Shown: in pieces, positions 12,562 through 27,946 of the stretch
Numbering within the stretch: the first letter of the stretch is position 1
Layout of the letters: every line of letters starts with the position of its first letter
Assembly (NCBI RefSeq): GCF_040938485.1
Contig: NW_027270920.1
Coordinates: 1,054,001 to 1,118,000 of the forward strand
Reading direction: 5' to 3'
Source: Diadema antillarum
Taxonomy: Eukaryota
DNA: 64,000 nt
Program-made: the position numbers and the translations under genes
Notes under the pieces: generated by a model
Told to the model about the DNA's origin: nothing
Database searches by the model: none
Seen by the model: the letters and a program-made list of their open reading frames with translations, nothing else

Positions 12562-15500
12562 TGAACTAGTCTGCCATTTTTTGTATATTTGATATGTTGA
12601 TTTCCAAATAATGTCATGTTCTGCATCACATTGCATGTTCTTCACAATTCATAATTCAATGTTTATAGCTGTAGGTGGGTAGTAGTAGTAGCTTTTTTGT
12701 CTCAGTCGATCAAGACCACTTCATAAAGTTCCAAGTATGAAGTAAAAAAAGCAATTACAGTCAACTCGAATCTCGTAGGACAGCAGGAAAAGCTGTGACT
12801 TACATGCAGTTTATCACAAACCATGCCCTTCCATATTGTATTTTGAGGTTTGTTATCGACGAAGACAGATACTCGCCGCTATCTTCTACTACTTCAACTC
12901 ATAAAGAATTGACTATGTTTAAAATCAGGATATATATACTTTGAAGATGTATTCATTACTTCATTGTTGTTTGTAGTTAAAATTCTTTGAAATGCAACTT
13001 TCACACGCACTTTACATTTTTGCGCCAACCTGTCCATATTCGGGTAATTTTGAATATTGAAAATCAAATATTAAATTTTGGAAATGGCAAACATTTTGGG
13101 TGGTAAAAGAGAGAGTATAGGGCTGACTCTCAAAAATCTGAAGAGTCAGATTTTTTTTTAGAGACAGCCCTGCATGAAATTAAGTAGGAAGAACTGTTGT
13201 CCTGTTATTGCATCAACCCACGATGTAGATGCGTATGTCCTTCCCCTGTAAAATGTGTATTTGGTAGCCAGGGTAGATTGTGAGGTTTAGTTTACTTGTA
13301 CAGTAACATCACTTGTCCATTGTCTGCAAGGCTTGAAATGTGGGGCTTTATAACACTGTGCTCAAACCAAAATTTACCAACTCACAGCTGCATGTACTGT
13401 ACTCTAAAAGTGGATATTTTTGCACAAGTAATTTTTTTCACTCTGTTGGTAAAATGAATTTTGCATATTTTTGATTCCATGGATTGAAGACATGAAATAG
13501 TGGCACATATGAGAAGCACACATATTTGAGTGCTTTTGTTTTGGGGCTAGTTTCTGGTTGCGCAGAAAGTGCAGAAATTTCCACTTTTACAGTATGTTCA
13601 TGATTGCCCATTGCAGAGCATGACAAATTTTTATTTCTATTGCAGTTCCCTAGACAAGCAACTATTGCAGTCTTGTCTTTGATGTGGAGGAAAATAATTT
13701 GATATGTTAGAAATGTTAATGTTAATTGAATCATCACTTTTAAGTGACTCTTTTTCTTATTGCTGATGTTGACCTCAAACATGTCTCTAATTCAAACCTT
13801 TAATGAATAACTACTCCAATTGCACATTTTTTTTATAGAAGATATTGCGCAATTTTTCTGTGACCTGAATTTTCTACAGTGACAGCGACAGTGCGTTAAT
13901 TTCTACAATGACAGTGCGTTAATTAATGCCTGTTTGCAAAGCAGATTACTACTCATTTTAACATTCTTTATTTCATTATTTGCTAAAGGACCCAAATGTG
14001 AAATGTTCCTTCTCCCCCCCCCAAAAAAAAAAAAAAAAAAATGATAATGATAATAATGAAAAAAAAAATTGAAATAAGTTTGTGAAGACATTGGAAAAGA
14101 TGCAAAATATACGCATGGAAAATGATAGAAAAGTAAAGATTTAAAAAAGACATTTTCATTAGTTATCTGATATATCAAGGCATGATCACTGTGCGAATGT
14201 CAAAGCTGCCAAAGAAAGAGAATCAACTTTAAAAAAAAAGAAAGAATTTAAGCTGCATCAAACAGGTATTTGCCTGTGAAAGCTACAATTGTTACTTTGC
14301 TTTGACAGTAGATCAACAAAGAAACAATGATTCTCTCAAATAGCACTAGTGTGACAAGATCTGTAAAAACTACTGTATGCAGAAGATACACATACCCGGT
14401 ACTACTCCATGCTTAGGAGAAGTTTTAGTCTTTAAGAATGTGCCGTACATTGTGTACATGATGGACTGTAAATGGAGAAAATGGAGAGGTGCATGATCTG
14501 GCTTGCCAAAGACTTATAACATGTTTGCATCATTCAAGAATCAAGATAGAAATAAAGTAGAAATCTCAGCAAACTACAATTTGCACAATAAATGTTGTAA
14601 CTACACTTTGACTCTGCTGTTACATAATGTAAGTACACATAGCTGCATAACATATGATATGTAGTGCCATTGAAGACTCTTTTATCCATTTCCTTTTCTG
14701 TCAAGTTGAATGAGTATGATGGTGTTTTGCACATGATGTGCTTTACAAGCCCTATTCCTTTCTTTTCCAGCTTCTGCAATGAACTGTACATAAACAGATC
14801 AAATATGTATTATACAAATATAATCACCGCCATGTATATAAAGTTGGGCAGTAAGTTTGAGGCTAGAGTCTATTATAAAGCCCATCAACTCTGTAAATAG
14901 TTCCCAACAGATCAGTTCTAAGCTGACAAAAAAAAAAAAAAATTTGAAGGGATATGCAGTGTAAGAAGCAAACTGTCAAAACTAAGTCAGCCTCTGGTTC
15001 TTTGTATGTTGTTATGACATAAATACTCAGCCAGTGATATTCGGGTGTAGTCTGTAGCTGCAAATAAACCAGAATTTTGTATTGAATGGAATAAGTGCAG
15101 TAGTTGCCACTGCTAGAACAAATCAGAGACCCCCATCAATATTGTGCTTCGTCATCAAACCAGTCATTTGTGTGTGAGCACCACAGAAAAATAGATTTCC
15201 TGCCACTCAGTCCTTTTTCATTGTGGGGCAGGGATAATTTGTGTGAATGTGGTATTGGAGCAAGTTATTGATTTAAATGCACTTTTCACATGAAGTAATA
15301 AGGTTCATGGTATGCACCAGCCTAGTAGCTGCTAGGACAAACTGAGCAACTCTGAGCTTTTTCCTTTCTCATGCAAGATAATGATAACATTAGCAACATT
15401 CAACACTTCTTTTTATATAGCAAAGACATTCAAATCTGTCAAAATGGTCCACCTGTCTTCTTAGAGTTGAAAGTCCCCCTCAATAGAATTATTCTATAGA

Positions 15501-16960
15501 ATATGGCTAAAGTAATTGCTTGTCCTGTTTATATCTTTTTTTCTTTTTCAATCTCTTACAGTCCATGTACACTGTAGCATCCCACCTCATGATTCAAGAG
15601 TTTAATAGACTTTCAAAATACAAGAAACGTATACACAAGTACTGCATAAGAATGAAGTTCAGCACAGACATACTTGTCTGAAAGAACATTGCATGCTTGT
15701 ACAAGTACAGTGTATTGATGATGAACAATTACTTATTTTTTCCATTTTTTGTGATAGGTGGCATGGACAGCTCTGTCTCTAAACTGATTTGAATTTGCAG
15801 TAAATGAACGAAATCAAGCAAACATTCTTAGATATATATTAGTAATATGTTGATGAGTAGCTGGATTTCATGCCACGTATGGTTAAGATCTGCATGATGC
15901 AAACTCTACAATTTATTGTTTTGGAACAATATTGTGTATGTAGGCATATCATTCGGCAGTGAAATACATCACTAAGTAATGCAATACTGATTTTTTTTTT
16001 TTTTTTTGGAATAGATTTTTTTAGTTAATAATTTGGAAATGTAGTCACATCAAAATGTTTAAATTCCCCAAAAGTACAACATATTAATTTGTAATCCTGT
16101 TGTTTGTGTGTGCAAGGTGATACTATTCCAAAAATCCAGTTGGGGAAAAAAGATACTGTATATACATGTAAAACGAAGAAATATGCTAGCATAGGCCGAA
16201 TAGGGGAGAGAAAATGTATGTGGGGTGAACTAGATATGTAAAGTTGTTTATGGAGGAAAGTATCACCCACCCATTAGAAGAACATCTTTTATAATTTGAA
16301 GTATCATTCTGTTGTACATAAAAAAAGATTAAATGTATGTACAGTATGTATTCAAATGATTAGAACATGTATATGTTGGATGTCTATGGTTACTTAGTGT
16401 AAGTTATGTTGTATGTAATGTCAAGTGAATGATCCTGAACGGTTTAATTAAATTGTGGTAGATTCTTATGCTGGACTTCATATGTCTGTGTTAAAGCGAC
16501 AGTCATTTAGAATGTGGTTTGAATTGGTTGTCTGTGCATGGTATATCTAAAGTCGTGTGAGCAAAGTTCAGTACTTTCAATATGATAATGAACTTGGTTT
16601 AGTACATGTATCAGCAAAAACACCAGGGCCAAAATTCACAAAGGTAGTTTCAAATCAAATGCATTGTTTGAAATTCATGGACTAGTCTAAAACAAGCACA
16701 AGATAGATATACATTGCACATTCATGTGTCAGCATGCATTTATTATTAGATGTGTGTTGGAGTATACCATGTTTCAAGTGCATTTTTGCAATAGCAATTT
16801 GCATAGTCTACAGACTGCAAATTAAATACCGTTGTGAATTCCAGCCCGAGAGGGTCAAGAAGAAATTGTACTAGTATTTAGTTGCACAGGAGTTTCCAGC
16901 ATGTTTCAGTTTTCTGTGTGAGTGTACCCACACGTATGATGGAGTTTATATGTGTGTGTT

Positions 16961-16991
<31 letters not shown>

Positions 16992-17527
16992 TGTGTGTGT
17001 GTGCGTAAGAAGAGGTTGCATAACTATGAGCACTGCGACTCATATTACTGGTACATTCCACACATGTATTCTTTCTTCCTTTGAGTGGAGATGGTATATT
17101 TGCAACATTTTAGTACCTTTTCTTATATATCCCTTGAGTAAAGAGTTATGTGAATTGTATGGAGTGTTTGGACTTAATGCAATGGCCAGCATTGAATGAC
17201 AAAAATGAGATATGGCATTTGATCATTCATAGGTGGAAAGTAACATCAGATACAGTATATACCTGATAAAGCTGAAAACAAACTTTAATTAGAAACGGCC
17301 ACCCATGGTGTATGAAGATAAGAGTCTTATAGCACCTAGTATATCACAACAAATTTGTGTTCGTTCTTTCTCCTTGTTTTTTTTTTTTTTTCTTCTTCTT
17401 GTGCGTGTGTGTGTGCATGTATGTGTGATGAATGCTATGTTTTATGTTAGTTAGCACAAGAACCATTTCAGTGAGATTATAGATGAATCTTTTTAATTGA
17501 AAACGATTGTGATGTACACCGCACCAT

Positions 17528-17711
17528 GGGTCCGTTTCATGAAGTTATCACATAAAAGTCTCTACATGAATCTCGGAATGGCCAAAGCTGCTCATATATG
17601 AGGGACTTTTAAAGAGAAGTAAATTTATTTCATTTCATGTAGACTCTCATAAGCGTGCTCTGTCATAATATGAGTGAAAAGCCTCTCATTAGACTTTCAC
17701 AAACTGGACCC
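17528..17711. mobile_element. PIF/Harbinger-like MITE
   Basis: CAT|GGGTCCGTTTCATGAA ... TTCACAAACTGGACCC|CAT: imperfect TIRs with a 3-bp CAT duplication. Confidence 0.55.
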
Positions 17712-18621
17712 CATGTTTTCTACATTTAAGCAAACTCACAGTAACTTTTAAGTTTCAATGAAAACTCTCCCATTTCCAAACTACATTCCCATAATGACAG
17801 AATAATGAATTTATCCGTAATGTAGCTTTTTGATAGGAAACCATCAAAATGGCACTCATCGACCCATAAAATATTTAACTACTGATCCGCTCGTATTGGG
17901 GATAAGACGTGGAAACTTACTGGATTTCTACTTCAAAGATCAGTGGTAAAACCCATTGATCTCGAATTACACGTCCAAAAGAGATTAGTAGGTGAAACCC
18001 AATTTGGTGTAGATGGAAATAGGTAAGGGCGTCCCCAACGACAGGACACCGGATTAATACTTGTGCTTCCTCTTTCCTGCAGTACCTCTCTCCCTATTTC
18101 TCCCCCTCTCATATCTCTCTCCCTCCATATATATCTCTCTCCCTCTCTCTCTCCCATACCCTGGTCTTTATCCTCTCTCTGTATATTTCTGTGCCTTGGG
18201 TTTGTTTAATCATGGGGGAGCCTGGGCTTTCCATGTTACATTGTGATGTAATAAAGATGTAATTTCAACACGGCACATGATTCAGCCAACGGCTGTTCTT
18301 CCTCATGTCCGAAGTATACCATCTATCCATCCGTGTCAATATACCCACCTGTTTTTGTGTATGTGTAATCTATGTGCTTCTCTCTATTGTCTTGTAGTTA
18401 CCGTAACACTTTGACTTATGCTCTCGTCTTATGCAGAGTAGATATACCACTGACATTAAAAGGATTGAATAGGCAATTGACCATACATTCTTAGAATTAT
18501 CCGTGTCGAATTCTTTCTTTCGATGGCAGCAACAATCTGAATTTTTCGTAGAATAGAAAAACGTCTTATTCCAAGTATTGGTAGTCATAATATGATTCTG
18601 ATGAAGCACGCCAGAACTTTA

Positions 18622-18847
18622 NNNNNNNNNNNNNNNNNNNNNNNNNNNNNNNNNNNNNNNNNNNNNNNNNNNNNNNNNNNNNNNNNNNNNNNNNNNNNNN
18701 NNNNNNNNNNNNNNNNNNNNNNNNNNNNNNNNNNNNNNNNNNNNNNNNNNNNNNNNNNNNNNNNNNNNNNNNNNNNNNNNNNNNNNNNNNNNNNNNNNNN
18801 NNNNNNNNNNNNNNNNNNNNNNNNNNNNNNNNNNNNNNNNNNNNNNN
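18622..18847. other. Assembly gap (N run)
   Basis: Run of N. Confidence 1.
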
Positions 18848-21344
18848 ATTGTTGTTATTATCAATGTTGTTTTTTGTAGATGTATGTGTGTGTGTGTGTC
18901 TATGTCGAGTAATATGCATTCCTCACACTGTACTGATAGTGTTTTGTTTTTCTTTGATTTTTTTTTCTTCAGAAAATGTCGCAACTATAGTCATCCTCAA
19001 AATTTCCACTTATAACACAGGACAAACTTTTACAAACGTATATATATAAAACACGTGTCATGAGTTGACTGGGAGATCTGGTCTGATTTGATGTTACACG
19101 CAAAAGTAACAAGATTATTGGTAAAGCTGAAGACGGTTAGAGAAAAGATATGCTCATTTTGTGCCACTGCAACGTCGAAGTTGTGCATGCACATGATGTG
19201 TTTTAGTTACAGAGACGGAAACTGAGTATGAGTCCTTGTCTTTTGATCAATTGCATTTCTTGTCAGTCTGGTTTTTCAGTGTATCTGAGTTAAAAAATGA
19301 TTTTAGGTCTCAGAGAATCATCATGTTTGATGTATTTTCACCAGACAGTGAGTGCCTTACATGATATGTAACTTTCCATTACTTCAACCTTCCTCTTTTA
19401 CACAAAAATGCTAATTTTGCCATGAAACAAATTTTTAGGGAACTGTACTTGATTCGTATAATTCATATGTTCAATACCGAGAATTTGATGTACCATACCC
19501 TTAATAGATATGAACCGTAAACGCGTTCGTATATAGTAATATACTCTGAGATATGAACAGAGTTTGCGTGAAATGTATGGAGTGCAGAAGGACTGGTCAC
19601 TGACTTTTAAACAGCGGCTTATTTTCTCTTTCAGGGCCTGATAGCACATTCGTTTTTTAGCTTGAGGATAGATAGTCACAAGTATTCTCTGATTCACTTC
19701 TATCGTCTGGCCGTTATCATATTTCTCCTTGTCGTACTACCTTGCTCTTTTTTTCCCTTTTTTATTCATTTTTTTTTTCATGTACGGGATGCTAATAGTG
19801 GCCAGGTATTCCTCTGTAACGTACGACGCTTCGTTAGCCCTGCCTCCTGTAATTAAACCCATGATATGAACATCTACTCGAGGTCATTGTGGTTGCCATC
19901 CTGGTGTCAGTGGAAGCAATGAATCAATTCTAATTAAATTTGTCAAAAAACGAGTAATCTTCCTCGCTATGCGCTCACGGATAGCGTGTTTAAGGGGAAG
20001 ATGTTCGTGAGACCATAATAGAATCCGGAATAATAACAATAAAAAGGAATGCCAACTGGCATCGGGATATCTGTTGCAGCGCCCATGACAGGAGTTTTGC
20101 GGAGTTCAGTAAATTGTTCTTTTACCAACCGGTTGGCTGCTTTTAGACATTTTGTTGTTGTTGTTCATATTTTGTGCACAAATAGTTGGAGCTTTTAAAA
20201 GGCTGTGCGACTATACTTTGCACTACTATTAATTGAAAAATTGTTTCCATCTCACTTAGTTGTAGTAGAGCTTCTTACAATAGTATTATATCATAGACAG
20301 TATAATTTGTTCACGGTAATTAATTTGCGCCTTTGAGCATAAAGCAAATGAATTATAAACGCCATTTTGTACTTTCTACTCTCTGTGAATTCTTTTAGTA
20401 TCCACATCAAGAAACATTATCTTTCTTTTGCCATCCCTGTAAACACCATGCATAGTAAATCCTCATGATTATTTTACAGATAAATCAGCTAATATCAAAG
20501 TTGCGTAAGCACAGATGTATCCTGCATAAAATGATGTCAAGTCCAGCAAAGGCAACCAAAACTCAAAGAACTTTAAAAATTCGTAACTTTTGCATTGATT
20601 GTCCGATTTTCCTCAAAATTTCACTGATGTGTTCTACTAATGTTGCTGCTTTCACTCAATCCACATTTCTCTTTGGGTTTTGGTTTCCTTTGACACATTT
20701 CAGACATCGCTGTGAGATCACATTAATTGAATAATTCCTCGTCTGCCGTCAATATCTTCACGTCTAAGGTTAGAGAGATGCGACCACACCGAACTGAAAA
20801 TGTTCCAGGCATCAACCACATCCACAGAGCTAATATCAAGGCGGATTTCTCCTTCACAGCTCTTCTTGTGTGTCACAGCTGAATGTGGTAGCAAATTCTG
20901 GAATGCTCTGGTGATCGAGCCCTCACGCTGGCTGGAAAAGTTTTCTATGACGAGATACAACATTTAGTTTAACGACTGAAACCCCCTTGTGCCTGCCAGA
21001 TGTTGCAAGATTCACATGAATTGCCACGCCCACCATGAAAGATTGCCAACGCATTGGCTGCAGATTGATGACGTCAGAAGAGGGACAAAAACGTATCAGT
21101 GATGGTCATAATGTGTTTTGATGAAGATGGGCATGGCATTAGGAACGCCATGAGTGTCAGTTTGTCTTGTTTTAAATCGACTTGGTTAACACCTGCAAAT
21201 GTCACGAGGCAATCTGTCCGTGCCAGCGTCACGGTTAATTGTAAATTTCGTTGTTATGCATAAAATAATAATCATCGATATTCAGAGGATCCATCCATCC
21301 AAACATCTTATCTCTCTTCTTGTTCCCTCTGTCCCTTTCTTAGT

Positions 21345-21562
21345 NNNNNNNNNNNNNNNNNNNNNNNNNNNNNNNNNNNNNNNNNNNNNNNNNNNNNNNN
21401 NNNNNNNNNNNNNNNNNNNNNNNNNNNNNNNNNNNNNNNNNNNNNNNNNNNNNNNNNNNNNNNNNNNNNNNNNNNNNNNNNNNNNNNNNNNNNNNNNNNN
21501 NNNNNNNNNNNNNNNNNNNNNNNNNNNNNNNNNNNNNNNNNNNNNNNNNNNNNNNNNNNNNN
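21345..21562. other. Assembly gap (N run)
   Basis: Run of N. Confidence 1.
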
Positions 21563-24500
21563 AAATTCAGAGTGGTAATTCCATGGGATATTTTGAAGTC
21601 TTTAACTGTTGTTCTGTGTGATAAAAATCATCAGCTTGCTAGCTTTCTCGTATGAAATACAGATACAATTCAGAAAGCTCTGGCCAACAGAGCTGAAAAT
21701 TCCTCTAGATCCTAGAAAGAGAGAGATATTAAACTGTTTTTGGTCATGTCAAAAGTAGGACGCAGTTATCCAAGGCCGTGCTATTTGAGGCATATATAAA
21801 GAGAGACAGAGAGAGGGGGAGAGAAAGAGAGATATAAAGTAGAGTTCACTCTTGCTGTGTTCAGAAGTTTAGCACCACTGATCCACATCGGAATAGCGAT
21901 ATACAGTGGCGAGAGCACGCCCTCGTGCTTGCGGATGCGGAAGACGAGTCAAATTAATAAAGAGCGAGCCAGCTACCTTCGCGAGCGATCAAGCGGATAT
22001 TTCAAGAATCTCAGAACTTTTAGCTGTGAAACAGAGCGTTTGACACGCTGCGTTCAGCTCATGCTGGAGATTTTGTAGCGATTTTTAGCGATTTCCTTCT
22101 CCTTTGTATATCTTTATCAGAAGTAGGCCTGCTGTGAAACAATGCACCCATTACACATTCTTGTACGAAAAGAGCTGCACGATTACACAATACCATGCTA
22201 TCTGGGTATCATGCATTATTTTGTCACATGGCTTTTGTTTAAAAATGAAGCTGTGAACTAAAAAAATGCGGTTTATGACTGATCTTGAAATGCTTAAGAA
22301 AAGTGAACATTAGTCATTTGCTACTTGCGGAAATGTTTGCATGGTTAGAATAAACCATTTCAAAAGCAATGTATTATCGATATTCCATTTGCAAATTTCT
22401 TGATAGTGACAGAGTAATAAAATTGTTGTCATCCATTTGAAAATCATGACACATTTCGGGCAGCAAAGTTTGATTGTCTTTTTCTTAATTGAGCCACCAC
22501 TATATCATCACAGGGTTTATAAGCTGACAAAGTATGCTTAATATATACATTAAACTAAATCGAATACTGCAAAAAAAAAATAGTTTGAAAAAAAAACACC
22601 ATCTCTCACTCCTTGTAGGTCGCCTTCTTCTATCTCTATTTTGGTATCCTGCGGTAATCAATCAAAATTCCGTGAAGCCTATTAGCTGAAATGGAGGTTA
22701 TAGACATAATTGTTATGTTACAGGGATGCAATGATGAAAGATTGATATTGATTATTTCATTACATGGTATTATATACTGCTGATTTCGAGAAGCTTGGTG
22801 ACAATCAAATCCTTTAGATAGCAGTTTCTCCAGAAAAAAAATTAGAACAATAGTTGATATATATGTCATTCATTTTCAAAAGGAAATCTCCATTTCCAAG
22901 CTCTAGGCTTTTGTGTGATTTCCTCCTTTGACTCACACATCGATGTAGATATTTTGAATGTAATTTTATGAAATGAATAAATTGAATTGAAAATCGAATG
23001 GAATTGAACAAGGAATTAGCATACAAAGAACAGTACACCGTTTCACATATTTTTGAAAGAATATGAACAAACCTGCACAGTGAGAGATTGAAGAGATGGT
23101 ACGGAAGACAAACATGACTAGAAATGTACGAATGTTTGGACAGAAGTTAAGTAAAGATTAAAATTATCCAAAAAAACCCCCAACATTTTGATATGCCTTT
23201 TGCATCAGACAAAATTAATATACGTGTTGCCTGTCATTTAGTGAATGTACATTTGTATAACTATAAAACAGTTGTGATGGTACGAGATATCACAATGATA
23301 CAAACAATCTGAGTCTAGGGAAAGTGTGATGAATGAGATTGATAATTGAATCAAAGAGTAATATTTATTGTATGCGTTAAAAGACGTATCATTTTTCGCA
23401 AAATGATCTTTCCTGTTCGGGTGCATTTCATAATACTTCTGCCTATCAATGACACTCCTTGAGCAGGCAATTTCCAATCATTGTGTTAGGTGTGTGTCCA
23501 TTCTCTCCCACCAATCACCATTAGTCTCATGGTTGGATGTCATGGAACACGGCATGTTCGTTTATTCATTGGCTCGTGCAGCATGTCACGTGCCAGTGTA
23601 GCGTGCAATACAAGTGACTTATCCCCCTGACCACGCCCACAACAGCTGTGCGCTACTGCAAACACTGTATACCAGCTTCTTCTGCATTAGTGCAATTTCC
23701 ATTCTAGGTTAAAACTGTTTTAGCTACATGAGAAGATAAAAAAAAAAATAAAGAAAGAAAGTGGAGAGTGGGGGAGAGGGTTAGATGAAATTAGTGCAGG
23801 TTTTTAATGGAAGAGGAGAGGAACGAAGATGAGGGGCATAAAGAAGTATGGAGAGTGACTCTGTATCTCTCTGTGTGGGTTTGTGTGTGTATGTGTGCGC
23901 GCGCCATGTTCTGCTTAGACGTAGTGTGTTTCCAATTCCTCCATTTTGAGAAAAGACATAATTACGTATACTGAAAGTAACAGTCCACCTTCCATTGAAA
24001 TCATGAATTAACATGTTAAATGACATCTTTACGGGTCAGGAGAGCATTAAACTGCTTCACAGCCGAATCAACTTTTAATCAAGAAAAAAAAATGGTAATT
24101 TTCTTTATATGATCGTCTTGGTATACGACCTGACGTTTGATATGATACTTTATAATGCTTAACATTGATTAGACTACATGGAGCCTTTTTTTTAATAACG
24201 ATAATAGCAGTCGATTAATGAATCGGGCGACCCAATTTCCATTAGCTGGAGATGAAGGTCTGAGGGCGTGCTATCCTTACAATCTGCACAACCCACTGAT
24301 CACTGTGTAGGCCCATATATATTTCCATAGAGAGCAGTGGCATAACCCCAGAGATAAGAGGAGTTTAAAATTTTCAGATTTTTGTGATTGTGATGATTTA
24401 TAAAACAAAAAGAAAAATAATTTATACTGATGTTGGTCTGAAATTAGTAGCTGTTCTTGTTTTTTTTACAAAGACGTGGTTTTTGAGAGATAAGTAATAA

Positions 24501-24765
24501 GAAAAGAAAAACAGTGTCAACGCAAATCATCTAAAACCACAAAAACAACAACAAAAATAGCCTTCTAAACAAAGTTGTCAGCCATTTTCCTTTCGCTTCA
24601 GCTATTCCAGTAGCGCGATGAGCACGAAATCAAGATTAAGATAGTGTTTTAAATCGAAATTCATTAAGTGACTTTACTGTACAGTTTAATCAGCGTGTAT
24701 CAGCTATACAGTTCTTTCTGACCCACTTAGTGGAGGTGGCAAATAATTGCCCCATATTGATACTA

Positions 24766-25286
24766 CACTGTAAAAACATCGGTGTTAGATTTAACACCAC
24801 GGGTGTTAAATCTAACACCGATCAAACTTCAATAAAGGACCACACCCACAGGTGTTAAAAATGCACTGTGATGGTGTTCACCTGACACTTCGTGGTGTTA
24901 ATTTGACACTGTACCTGGTGTTATTTTGACACTGTACTGGTGTTAATTCAAAAATGACATCACATGGTGTTGATTTGATATTTGTTGGTGTTAATATCAA
25001 TGGTTTAACACCCGTCCAGCTTCAATAAGAGACTACACCAGCTGGTGTTACTTTGGCGTAAATTTATTTTCACATTTTTTCAAAAATATAGTATTTTAAT
25101 GTAAAATTCTTGATCGTCTTGTTTAAATAAAAAATCAACAAGAAGTGCAGTTACTAAGAAACTCTTCAAAAAACAGTTTAAGATTTGGAAATGACACCCG
25201 GGGGTGTTAATTTAACACCATAAATGAGCACCGAAAATTTAACACCAGCTCGGTGTTCACTATTTAACACCGGACTTTTTGCAGTG
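24766..25286. mobile_element. CMC/EnSpm-like non-autonomous element with repeated subterminal GGTGTTAAA/TTTAACACC motifs
   Basis: TA|CACTGTAAAAA ... TTTTTGCAGTG|TA ends; many internal GGTGTT/AACACC motifs in both orientations. Confidence 0.7.
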
Positions 25287-27946
25287 TACTTTTCAGTTTC
25301 CGCCCGCCCCAATGCCTCCCCTGTATAAAATCCACTGTGTGCAAAATAAATATTTGTCGCTATAAATATGTAAACCATAACATAGATGAGAATAACATAG
25401 ACACTTTCTTGTCTTTGCGGGCCACACCTCAATCACACGCATAACATTGCGAAATTGTATACATCCATACATATAATAATTATGTAACAGCTATAGTCAT
25501 GATGATAGTGATCGTGTGTACATGACAATGTGCATGCGTGTGTATGTTATCCTTAAATTCTCTCCCCATCTCTCCATGTTCTCACAATTTTCTGTACTCT
25601 CATCTTTGGCTAAAATCAAAGTTTCTTGTCTAGGTTGGAACTGAATTAGATTAATAGATTTTTTTCATGGTTCATGGCAACCAAATATGATACATGTTAC
25701 AGGAAAATACTATATCAAATCTCCAAACAATCGCCAAATGCAGTGATAAATGAACAGATATGTAACACAAGGCTATTATTCTTTTCTCAGTAAATGACGG
25801 AACCAATTCCATAACGAATAAGAGTGTGAAATATTACGGAATCAACTCAAAAAAATTCTTGTGAACTTATACTCGTCGGTTCCTACAGTAGAATGCGTTT
25901 CATAGGATAAGAAAAACAGTCATGTTCATATACTCCATGCACTCGTCAGCAAAACTTGTTCCATGTAACTCATGCACGCACCGCATCTTTGCACAAAAGA
26001 CTGTTATTTATTCCTGTCCTAAGATGTGAAATGATCTGTCAGCTGATATTAAATCTGCCCCCAGTTTATCTGTATACCAGCAAAGCCTTAAAAACACCTC
26101 CTTGCATCCTAAAGATGTTGATTGATGATAATTATGTGACCTTTAATTTATGGTCAATATGTGTATTTTGTACTCATAAATGCAGTTATTACTGCGGCTG
26201 TAGGCAATTGTGTAGCATTTTAATCATGCGAAACGTGCACTGTCCTCTGAATATCCAATACTCCATTTCACAATTCCCTCTTTTTTCCCTTCCCCACTTT
26301 CCTCTTGGTTACACAACTCAGCCTTTCCTTCTGCAATATTTTCACTTATCTGCATGATATATAGTATTCTGTATGGGGGGGGGGGGGGCTTCTGTAACAA
26401 TCTACGCTTGTTTTTCCTTTTTTTTAAGGTCCCAAACAACATTTCCCATGTATGCATAAACCTGCTTCAATTTCGTATAATGGATGTACGTTATAATACT
26501 ATAGATACGTGTTCCCACGTCAGGTTTGTATTATATATGCGTATTTGTGAAATAAATTGATATTGAACTAAATACATACTTTTAGGTTATGGTAGTAAAT
26601 GCTTGTGGAAACGTATTGAAAGGGTATCCATAAGTTCTACCACATAATTTTAATTTTGTATTGATTCCTCGTGTTTTGGAAGTTATAGCACCCAAAAGTT
26701 ACTGAGTCATAATGATTGGCAAATGTCTTCAAAAATTGATCACATTTTCAGATGTAGTAATACGTGATTCATTTCATCATGATTCTTGTTGCATACACTG
26801 CCCATATTATGATAGGTTTATATCATTGTACGTAGGATATCACGACAGTATCGATATCAAGCATATTACTTGATTTCTTCTCCAGATCTTTCTGCCCTTG
26901 TGACCTTTTCTGTCGGCATCATGTAAAATATTGAAACCAAATTGTGCGTCATTCCACGCAGTGACAGGTCGGCTGTAATTAATGTCATGTTTCGAAACAA
27001 ATTGTCGAAATGAAACAATTAGAAAAATACTTAAAACGGTGTAGCATTCTAAACTCTATTTGTATATTTCGCGATAGAGTTTTTACTCATAAGACTAGCA
27101 ATCTATGAAATGATATTTAAGGTGACAGATGTGTTTGTTTTTATCATGCTGTTACGCAAACATACTTTTAAACAATATAAAGGTATTACTAGTAAAACAA
27201 ACAATGACAGAAAAAAAGACACCATGGTTGACTGGTATGTTTAAGGTGACAATTTATTTAACACCAATGCAACTGATACTGGTCAAAATCCATTGCTATG
27301 GTTACCATAAGAATAAATGGTGGCCGAGATGATTTCTAATAACCTTATGGGTGCACAAAAAAATTGTCTACCTAATATTGAGTAGAAATAGAAGTGATGC
27401 AGTTAACCATCTTAAATTTCGCAGTGTTGATCATCACTCTCCTTGCAACCAAATATGTGGGTCAATTACCTCAAGTTAAAATCTCACAAGAATAATTTTT
27501 AGATTAGTTGTGACAATATCTAATTACATTCCTGAAGAATGATCCTCCGCCCTTTCACATTCCAATGAAGGATAGCCGGCAAGGTGAAATCATAATGTGC
27601 GACTTTGTACCCAAGTTCAAGACTTACCATGGCCACATTCAATCAGTGTTTCCGGGGAGAAGCCCGGCCATCAATCTAGTTATTAAAAGATACGAATGGG
27701 TGGCGGCGGGATGAGCTTACAAGAGACGAATTTTACGGACAATTTCCTCCTGGTGCAAATTTCTTAGTTTCCTCTTTTTTCTGTTCTTCTCCGCGAGAAC
27801 ATACCCTTGAGAAAAAGCATTACCCCTTTTACGCTCAGTCACCTACGATATTTCAACCTATCGCATCGCGTCACAAAATTTGCATAGTTACATAAAATAT
27901 TACAGGTCCCTCCGAAAATAAGGAAATTAATGACGGAATGGGAACC

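Noticed and set aside
18566-18984. Long ORFs spanning N runs (also 21199-21621, 54053-54304)
   Set aside because: Artefacts of assembly gaps.
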